From Diplonema japonicum (lineage: Eukaryota > Protista > Euglenozoa: Diplonemea): a stretch of 64,000 bases of DNA. The stretch spans positions 310,001-374,000 of the forward strand of contig OZ025702.1 of assembly GCA_964019335.1 (NCBI GenBank). Reading direction: 5' to 3'. Positions 56,849-64,000 of this stretch are shown here, in pieces (positions within the stretch are counted from its first letter, which is position 1; every line of letters begins with the position of its first letter). The notes beneath the pieces were generated by a model. The model was not told the origin of the DNA, made no database searches, and was given only the letters and a program-made list of their open reading frames with translations. Both the position numbers and the translations under genes were made by a program.

Positions 56849-57860
56849 ATGACTACTGCAGCAGGATTTTCATTTTGCCACGCTTCAAATGATGGAGTGG
56901 AAGAGGTTGAACCCAAATGGAGGACATTGTGTGAAGATGGTATTCCCTCCCCCCCCCCCCCCCCCCCCCCCTTCTCATGCAACACCCAAACAGCTGTTGC
57001 TGCACACCGTGTGATGCAGGCTTTATGCGAGCGGGTTAGTGTGATAAGCGGAAGCGTGACCCAGTTCAAGACTGCAGTAGAGACAGTTCCTAAAATGTGC
57101 AAAAGCTTGGACGAGGTCAGCCAGGTGATCGAAGGCATCACAGAGAAGGTTCTACAAGTCGAGAAAATAGCCACCCTGCTCGAAGTGGAAAAAAGCAGGG
57201 CACAGCACCGTATGGGAAAAAAAAAAAAAAAAAAAAAAAACAGTGCAACGAACTGTTGCGTACCAGAAACAAGTTAAAAAGCACATTTCTGACAACAAAA
57301 AGGAGCTGGCCATGCAGGAAGATGGCCTCAAGCAAGCCTTCTTTGACAGGAAAAAGGAAGACAGACTGAAGACCATGAAGCTAAAAACATCCTTCGGAAA
57401 TATAAGCGAAACCTCCTCAGGAGCTGCCAAACAGGAACAGCAACAACAAGAACCCGTGCAGAAGCCCGAGGAGAACGGTCCGGCAGAGGAAAACAGTGCA
57501 ATGGAAGAGGTTGCCACCCCAGCTGCAGCAACAAAGAAGGTAGAGGAAGTCTCGCAAGAAATAGTGCAAGAAGAGGAACAACAACAACCTGCTGGAATTA
57601 CGTGCACATTCTGCTCCTATCACATACCAGAGGGAGAAGAAATATGTGAGATGTGTGATGAGCCTGCGTCTCCTTTAAAAGATGAAGGAGGAGGAGGACA
57701 AGAAGAAATACCAGTCGAAAGTAACACCAGCTCAAACTCCCCCGCGGTACTCTCAGCCTCTGTCACCGAACCAACCACAACAACCACCGAGGGGATCGAC
57801 ATTCCTTTCCCCTCTCCCTCAGCCTCCCTCCCGCCGACTGAGGGCGAGATTTCTGAATGA
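56849..57860 (+). CDS. Coiled-coil protein with RanBP2-like zinc ribbon (3 exons)
   Basis: Introns 56940-56993 and 57210-57243 join the ORFs; TCTFCSY...CEMC. Confidence 0.65.
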
Positions 57861-58008
57861 GAAGAATGGGGGGAAAAAAAAAAGAAAAGAAAAAAAAAAT
57901 GTTCCATATCCGTTACCCGCCCCCCCTTCAAGTTTTACTACGTGTCAGTGCTTATCTTCTTCATTTTTTTTTTCCCCTCCCGTGTGCTTGTCTCTTTTTT
58001 TTTTTTTT

Positions 58009-58040
<32 letters not shown>

Positions 58041-58235
58041 TCATATTCGTCGTCGCAACCAGTGTACCCATTCAAAGCGTGACGTGTCTAAACAACGCTT
58101 TGTTTTCCATTCCAAAATCTTCTTATTTCCCTTTTTTTTTTTTTTATTATTATTATTATTGTGTTCCATTCCTCATTTTTTTCTTTTCCACTGCCACCAC
58201 AGCGGGTTGTTGAGACCTTGTGAATTGGATAAGGG

Positions 58236-60245
58236 ATGAACGTGTCTCAGGAGTTGGCGCTGCTGAGGGCGCAGCTTGATCAGGAAAAACGTGCGAACGA
58301 AGAGCTGAAGCTGCAGCGGGGTGACTGGCTGGCGCAGATGGAGAGGACGTTGAGAGAGTCGCAAGACGCACTTTTAACACAGAATCGGGTACCACCTGTG
58401 AGGACGTACCCCCCTGTCCCAATACCACTGGACACTTTGGAGGAGAGCCAGGAAGATGCACCCACCATTTCCCCAGCAAGGATGAGCAAGAGGGCGAAGA
58501 GAGGTATTGATCTCCTCTCGCCACCCATCACCGACTTACCCGAGAGCCCGAAAGAAAGCTACGAGGACATCCCACCTGTGAGTCCTTCCAAGGTGCCTCC
58601 ACTCAGCCCCACTGGGGCACGCCTCCCACTGCCTCGTCCTGTAAGCCCTGCTGGTGTGAACCCTGTTGTGCCCGTGCTGGTGCAACCTGTGGTAACCACA
58701 GTCGTAACCCCTCCAACGGCCCCCGCCACCATCGCTCTCGCGGCAGCCCCTGCAGCGGCCCCTGTCACCTTTTATCCGACGATTCCAACTCCCGTCCGTG
58801 TGAGCAGTCCTGTGGTCCTCTCCCCCATTCCTGTCAGCCCTTGTCCCTTACCCGCAGCACCACCCCTACCTGTTCCCCCGCTTCCACTGTCGCCTGAGCC
58901 CAACACTGCAGTGCCTGCCCCTCTACCTTACCCGGAGAGCAGGTGCCTGAGCGAGCTGCCCCCGCCGCGACAGGAACCTGTCCCTCTCCCTGCACCCCTC
59001 CCACCTGCGCCCACTGTCCAGCACAGCAACGTCTCGCCACCCATGCCCCTCAACGAGAACAAGCTGCGTGCCATCTCGCCACAACCTGAAGTTGCAGCTG
59101 CTGCTGTGTACACAGAGCCGGTGCTGCAGAACGAGCAAAACACACTGGAGGTGATGCAGCAAAGACAAAGAGAGGCTGAGATGGCTACTCTCGCAAGGGA
59201 GAGTGAATTGCTGTTGCAACGACAAGCCGTTGAAAGTGCACTGCAAGCAGATCGCGAGATGCAGCTGCTGCAGCAGGAACAAGAAAAACTGCAACTCGAA
59301 GCTGATTACGCTGCTCTGGTAAGAGAACGCGAGCTGCTCGCACAAGCGCACCAGCAGGAGCAGCTGCAACGGGAGACCGACATCGCAGCCTTGCAACGGG
59401 AGCGTGACATGCTGGCACAGGAAAAGAAGCGCGAAGCTGAGTTGTTGATGCTTGAGAAGGAAAAAGAAGCTTTAGCAGAGCAAGAGCATCTACAGAAGCG
59501 TGAAGCCGAGCTGGCAGGCATCAAGAGGGAGCGTGAGCTCATCGAGCAAGAGCGTCTTTTAGACCAGCAGAGGCGTGAAGCAGATCTGGCACTGCTCGCA
59601 GTGCAACTGCCCGTGCCCGTACCTGTACCTGTACCTGTACCCGCAGTGCAATTGCCCGTGCCTGTGGAGGTCCCGGAAATGGTTCGTGATGTGGTTGCGT
59701 TACCAAGCCCACAGGAGCTGCCCTGCCCGCGTGAAGTGCCGATCGCGTTACCAAGCCCGAAGTTGGAGTTGGAGCAGGCGAGGCTGCAGAGGGAAACGGA
59801 GCTGGCAGAGTTGAAGAAGGAGCGGGAGCTGTTAGAACAGAGCCTGGCAGCGCCGAGCAGGTACGTGCCGCCGGAGGTGCCTGCGGAACCGTCTGACGTG
59901 GCGAAACTGGCGTGGGAGCGGCTGGTGGAACGGACCAACGGAGAGCTCACGTCGACAGAGCTGGCGCTCATGTCGCTTGGGACGCTGAAAGAGCTGGTGA
60001 AGTACTACGGCATTGTGAACCCTGTGGACTGCGCCAGGATAGAGGTCTACTGGCGCCTCATGCATGACAAGGTGTCTCCCAACAACGAGGCCTCTGCACT
60101 CAAACATACCCCCTTGAAGGTGGCACCAGAGCACAGACCCCCTTGGAGGTCTGTTAACTACCGCACCCCGCGCACAACCACGCCTACATCGGCATCGCGG
60201 ACCAGGTGTGTCACACCAAAGAGCTCTAGTAAGCGGTGCCATTAG
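58236..60245 (+). CDS. Pro-rich plus coiled-coil hypothetical protein (669 aa)
   Basis: Uninterrupted ORF; repeated RE(A/T)(E/D)LA..RERELL units; VPVPVP stretch. Confidence 0.75.
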   Translation: MNVSQELALLRAQLDQEKRANEELKLQRGDWLAQMERTLRESQDALLTQNRVPPVRTYPPVPIPLDTLEESQEDAPTISPARMSKRAKRGIDLLSPPITDLPESPKESYEDIPPVSPSKVPPLSPTGARLPLPRPVSPAGVNPVVPVLVQPVVTTVVTPPTAPATIALAAAPAAAPVTFYPTIPTPVRVSSPVVLSPIPVSPCPLPAAPPLPVPPLPLSPEPNTAVPAPLPYPESRCLSELPPPRQEPVPLPAPLPPAPTVQHSNVSPPMPLNENKLRAISPQPEVAAAAVYTEPVLQNEQNTLEVMQQRQREAEMATLARESELLLQRQAVESALQADREMQLLQQEQEKLQLEADYAALVRERELLAQAHQQEQLQRETDIAALQRERDMLAQEKKREAELLMLEKEKEALAEQEHLQKREAELAGIKRERELIEQERLLDQQRREADLALLAVQLPVPVPVPVPVPAVQLPVPVEVPEMVRDVVALPSPQELPCPREVPIALPSPKLELEQARLQRETELAELKKERELLEQSLAAPSRYVPPEVPAEPSDVAKLAWERLVERTNGELTSTELALMSLGTLKELVKYYGIVNPVDCARIEVYWRLMHDKVSPNNEASALKHTPLKVAPEHRPPWRSVNYRTPRTTTPTSASRTRCVTPKSSSKRCH

Positions 60246-61075
60246 ACAGTGCCGGTGTCTTTTGTTTCCTTCCCTCCCCTTTGAGCCACCGCTTTAATTA
60301 ACCTGCTTGGCAAAGAAAAAAAAAAAGGAATACCCCCACCCCCCTCTGGATCTATTTCGTTCCAAAGAAGAAGAAAAAAAAAAAAAAAAAAGAAGAAGAA
60401 AAAGTGTATTTTCAGAAATCCCCCTTCCCCTTTGTACACTCCCCGCCCCCTTTTTTTCTTATTTTTTTTTTTTGTAATTTACCTTTTTTTTTTTCGTCCG
60501 TGGATTGTTGCTAACATGTTCCCAATCATGGTACTTTTTTTTTTTTTTTTTTTCCTTTTTTTTTTAAGGCACTCGCTCTCTGTTCTTCTCCTCCACTCGT
60601 CTCCTACAGGTATAAATGCTATTGTCTTCGAACGATAAATAGGCTTCCCCCCTTTCCATTGTTTTCAAGCTTTGAAAAAAAAAAACTCCTTCCTTTCTTC
60701 TCCCTTCATTTTCCCGCCTCTATATTGTAGTCCTGTCCGAAGGAAGGACAAATAGAGAGGGATTTATAAAAGGGATCTCCTATTTCTTTTTTTTTTTTTT
60801 TTTTTTTATGTTCTCTTCTTCTTTACTCCACCTATTCGTCGGCGGAGCAGTTTAAAAACTCGCTCTAGCGTGCCAGGATAGCTGAGTTTCATTTCTTCTT
60901 CTCGGGGTTCAAATAGAGTGCCCTTAGTTTCTTTCTTCTTTTCTTTTTCTTTTTTTTAAATTGTCTTGTTTCCATGATGTTGTAGTCCCCCTTTAGTATT
61001 TCTTCGACACATATTTCTCACTTGAGGAGGGATTGTTACAAACCCAGAAAAAAAAAAAAAGAAAAAAAGAAAAAA

Positions 61076-62257
61076 ATGACACAACGAACGAAACTAGAAA
61101 GCCTCCCTGGCGGGAAGGACAGGTGGGAGCACATCGTCTGCTCAGTGCAAAAATGCACCGGAAGGTGGATCATGCTCAACACAAGGAACCTGGAGTTTTG
61201 GATAGCTAGCGTACAGTGGTGCAAAGAAACCGGTTTAAACAGGGAAGGGGGCAGGGAACGAACAAGGGTAGGGGACTTTTTTAGAGGAAACTATGACGAA
61301 GACGCCTGCAAGGCCATGGTGCAAGACATCATGAAAGTGTGGGGAGGTGAATCATGCGAAGGGAAAGCCGAGCGAGTCTTAATAGATACCTTCTCAGAGG
61401 AGCAAGAAAACCTCTCAATACTACCCCCCACAGTGCTCATTGCGGCAGGGAGCGACAGCAGCGGAGGCGCAGGGATCCAAGCTGACCTCAAATCATGTGA
61501 AGCTTTGGGAGTATACGGAATGACAGCCTTGACCGCCCTCACTGCACAGAGCACCAAAGGTGTTACAGCCGTCGAAACGTGTTCACCCACCTTTGTCGAG
61601 TCTCAGCTGGACACAACTCACTCAGACATCCCAGCAGGAGCCATCAAGACAGGAATGCTTCCTGATGGACCGACTGTTTCTCAAATCGCTCATTTTGCCA
61701 AGTCCCGTTCGATTCCTATCATTGTTGATCCTGTCATGGTCTCGACTAGCGGGTGCACGCTGGCTGCGTCCAGCACTGTCGAATCGATGGTGAAGCATCT
61801 TCTACCACTGTCGTTGCTAGTTACCCCGAACATCCCGGAGGCCGCGGTGCTCCTCAACCAAGAATCTGTCCCCATGAAGGAGTTCTGCCCTTCCGTGGAT
61901 GCTATGAAGCGCATTGCCCACGACATCTCCAAGAAGACCTCTGCGAAAAACGTTCTTCTCAAGGGCGGGCATCTTGTGGACATTGGTGGGTTCGACTCAT
62001 GTCATGACGTGCTTTACATGCAAGACAGTGAGGAGTGCGAAGTGCTCACCACGCCGTGGATCGAAACGACCAACACACACGGAACAGGATGCACACTGGC
62101 AGCGTCTATCTCAGCAGGGGTGGCAAAGGGGCTGGATGTGAAGGAAGCTGTCATACAAGCAAAGGCGTACTTAACCAAGGCTTTGGAAGCCTCGAAAAAC
62201 GTGAAACTTGGTAAGGGCGGGAACGGTCCGATGGTTCACTCCCCCATGGGGTGGTGA
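61076..62257 (+). CDS. thiD: HMP/HMP-P kinase with an N-terminal extension of about 115 aa
   Basis: IAGSDSSGGAGIQADLK, IKTGML, VDPVM, TPNIPEA, LKGGH, THGTGCTLA. Confidence 0.92.
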   Translation: MTQRTKLESLPGGKDRWEHIVCSVQKCTGRWIMLNTRNLEFWIASVQWCKETGLNREGGRERTRVGDFFRGNYDEDACKAMVQDIMKVWGGESCEGKAERVLIDTFSEEQENLSILPPTVLIAAGSDSSGGAGIQADLKSCEALGVYGMTALTALTAQSTKGVTAVETCSPTFVESQLDTTHSDIPAGAIKTGMLPDGPTVSQIAHFAKSRSIPIIVDPVMVSTSGCTLAASSTVESMVKHLLPLSLLVTPNIPEAAVLLNQESVPMKEFCPSVDAMKRIAHDISKKTSAKNVLLKGGHLVDIGGFDSCHDVLYMQDSEECEVLTTPWIETTNTHGTGCTLAASISAGVAKGLDVKEAVIQAKAYLTKALEASKNVKLGKGGNGPMVHSPMGW

Positions 62258-62331
62258 TAGAATTTTTCTATCTTTCTTTTTTAAATCTTCTTTCTTCATT
62301 TTTATAACATATAACAACATCCTCAGTCACG

Positions 62332-63672
62332 ATGACGAAGCATGTGAACGATGATGAGCTATCAGACACTTCGTCGGTGGCGTCAATTCTTTCATACGGC
62401 ATGCGGCCGTCAGGGGTGAAGGAACATGCTGTAGGGGTTGCGGGTGGAAGCTTGATCCTGATCAACACAGTGGTGGGTGGTGGGATTTCTTTGGTAGCAA
62501 CGCCGTATGCGGTGAAGTGTCTGGGGCTCGGTTCGTTTCTCGTGTGCGAGCTTCTTTTCGGGATATTCTCAACGATTTCACTGGTCATGTTGGGCCGCGT
62601 CTGCACCGCGGCCAACAGTTTTAATCTGAAACACCTAGCCGAGGAATTGATAGGAAAATGGGCCGGTATTGCAACGTCGTTCGCAATTGGGTTGAACAAC
62701 TTTTTTGTCGTTATTGCGTTTCTTCAAATAGGGTTCGACGTCTGTGACGCGTTGTTCAATGACACCGCCTCTCCCTTTGTCATCGCGGGTGTTGCGTGTT
62801 TGATCCTTCCGATCGCAAACTTTGCTCATATTGATAAAATCGAGCCGTTGGCATTTGGCTGCACGTTGCTGTGGCTGTCATTCGTAGTCCTCATGATGGT
62901 GAATTTTTTCGTGGCGTTGAATCGAAACCACCTCGCAACCCACTCCGACTGGGAGTGGTCCGCCTCCTTCGTCGACGTTATCCTTGGCAAAGGCCTCCCC
63001 GCCATCAACCTAACATGGACGGTTCAATTCAACGCAACACCTCTTTTCGGTTCGCTCACACCACGAACCCGCAAATCCATGTCTGCTGTTTCCAGCGTAA
63101 TGTCCATGACCGCAATGGGGCTGTACATGACGTATGGAATGGGAACATACAGGTACTATGGAAGTGAAATTAAAGATGACATCATGAAGAGCATCAATCC
63201 TGATAAGAACGGAAAGGGTCTTGAATGGGGGCACTGGTCGGTGATGCTTGCCGAAGGGTTGCTTGGAACGTCCGCTATGGGAACGATTCCTTTTTTCTTG
63301 ATTGAGAGCAGGAACATGGTGCACGATGCGATCACCGACAAGAAGTTTGACACGAAGACCAGGTTTGTCGAGACAGCTTCCATGGTAGCTGTGGCTTATG
63401 CAGTAGCTTATCTAGTATCGGACCTTTCTGTTATTATTGCGTTGATCGGTGTTTTCCCTGCAAACGTCATTGCTTGGATCCTCCCGGGGCTCCTTGTCGT
63501 CAGGCTCGCTGAACGAGATGACAACATTGTTTCAAACAGTTCATCTATAGCAGCGGACACCGCGGCGCCCCCTCCCCCATCTTTCCCGAAAAGCTCGAAG
63601 AAGTACGGCTACGCGTTGCTGGCATGGGCCGCCACCCTCGCTCCTCTTGGTTTAATCTCAATGTTTCGGTGA
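62332..63672 (+). CDS. Amino acid transporter (AAAP/SLC38-like)
   Basis: LINTVVGGGISLVATPYA, QFNATP, ILPG; about 11 hydrophobic segments. Confidence 0.88.
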   Translation: MTKHVNDDELSDTSSVASILSYGMRPSGVKEHAVGVAGGSLILINTVVGGGISLVATPYAVKCLGLGSFLVCELLFGIFSTISLVMLGRVCTAANSFNLKHLAEELIGKWAGIATSFAIGLNNFFVVIAFLQIGFDVCDALFNDTASPFVIAGVACLILPIANFAHIDKIEPLAFGCTLLWLSFVVLMMVNFFVALNRNHLATHSDWEWSASFVDVILGKGLPAINLTWTVQFNATPLFGSLTPRTRKSMSAVSSVMSMTAMGLYMTYGMGTYRYYGSEIKDDIMKSINPDKNGKGLEWGHWSVMLAEGLLGTSAMGTIPFFLIESRNMVHDAITDKKFDTKTRFVETASMVAVAYAVAYLVSDLSVIIALIGVFPANVIAWILPGLLVVRLAERDDNIVSNSSSIAADTAAPPPPSFPKSSKKYGYALLAWAATLAPLGLISMFR

Positions 63673-63774
63673 ATTACATAATCATAATAAGATTTTTTTT
63701 TTCCCCCCCGTTGTTTTCTTTTGCAATTTCCGAAGCTGCCACAGTGTTACACGAAAAAAAAAAAAAAGAAAAAA

Positions 63775-64000
63775 ATGTCAACCGAAACCGCGCTTACCAT
63801 ATCTGTTGCCATCCAGAACAGATGTAAAGCAACGCTTCCTATGATCCGAAAAGCAGTCGGGTGCTCGGAAGGGAGTGTTTACACGGCAGATTTAGCCGTG
63901 TTGAAAACTGAAAAGGACTTGAAAGGGTACCTTGAGGCCGGCGGATCTAACGTCATGGTTGTGAACGAAATATCCGAAGAGGAGACGCAACGACTTGACG
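63775..64000 (+). CDS. 5' part of the next gene (truncated by window end)
   Basis: ATG after a poly(A) leader; open frame MSTETALTISVAIQNRC... runs to the window edge. Confidence 0.6.
   Translation, partial: MSTETALTISVAIQNRCKATLPMIRKAVGCSEGSVYTADLAVLKTEKDLKGYLEAGGSNVMVVNEISEEETQRLD

Noticed and set aside
59600-59700. Articulin-like VPV repeats
   Set aside because: Only one short (CCTGTA)n-driven stretch, not the extended 12-aa articulin repeats.
8639-60242. Long minus-strand ORFs antisense to genes (e.g. 29748-30800, 37552-38367, 50947-51912)
   Set aside because: Shadow ORFs of GC-rich or repetitive + strand CDSs with no motifs.
1-64000. SL RNA, rRNA or spliceosomal snRNA genes
   Set aside because: No recognisable signature sequences found by eye.

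Overview
Eukaryotic nuclear DNA, most likely a euglenozoan (diplonemid-like). About 28 protein genes all lie head-to-tail on the + strand, consistent with polycistronic transcription and trans-splicing. Unlike trypanosomatids, they carry many short (34-67 nt) GT-AG cis-introns, and spacers are dominated by A/T/C/G homopolymers. Recognisable genes: CDC5L, an SDR, SAR1, an M1 aminopeptidase, PRPF18, SRPRA, a myosin, a centrin-like protein, a MYND finger, a mitochondrial 2-Cys peroxiredoxin, two near-identical Fe-SODs, a very large laminin/EGF-repeat membrane protein, ThiD and an amino-acid permease. There are three tRNA genes plus Sola2-like transposase, non-LTR RT and MITE-like remnants. Most notable: (i) an antisense tRNA-Asp with atypical A73 nested in a 540-nt PRPF18 intron; (ii) two divergent tRNA-Lys(CUU) genes with C33 instead of U33; (iii) a 132-aa, 3-exon KcsA-like mini-channel whose GYG filter is replaced; (iv) an 88-bp inverted-repeat pair enclosing a duplicated Fe-SOD; (v) cis-acceptors that are A/C-rich while presumed trans-acceptors are pyrimidine-rich. 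All splice models and homologies were read by eye; no database search or RNA data was used.
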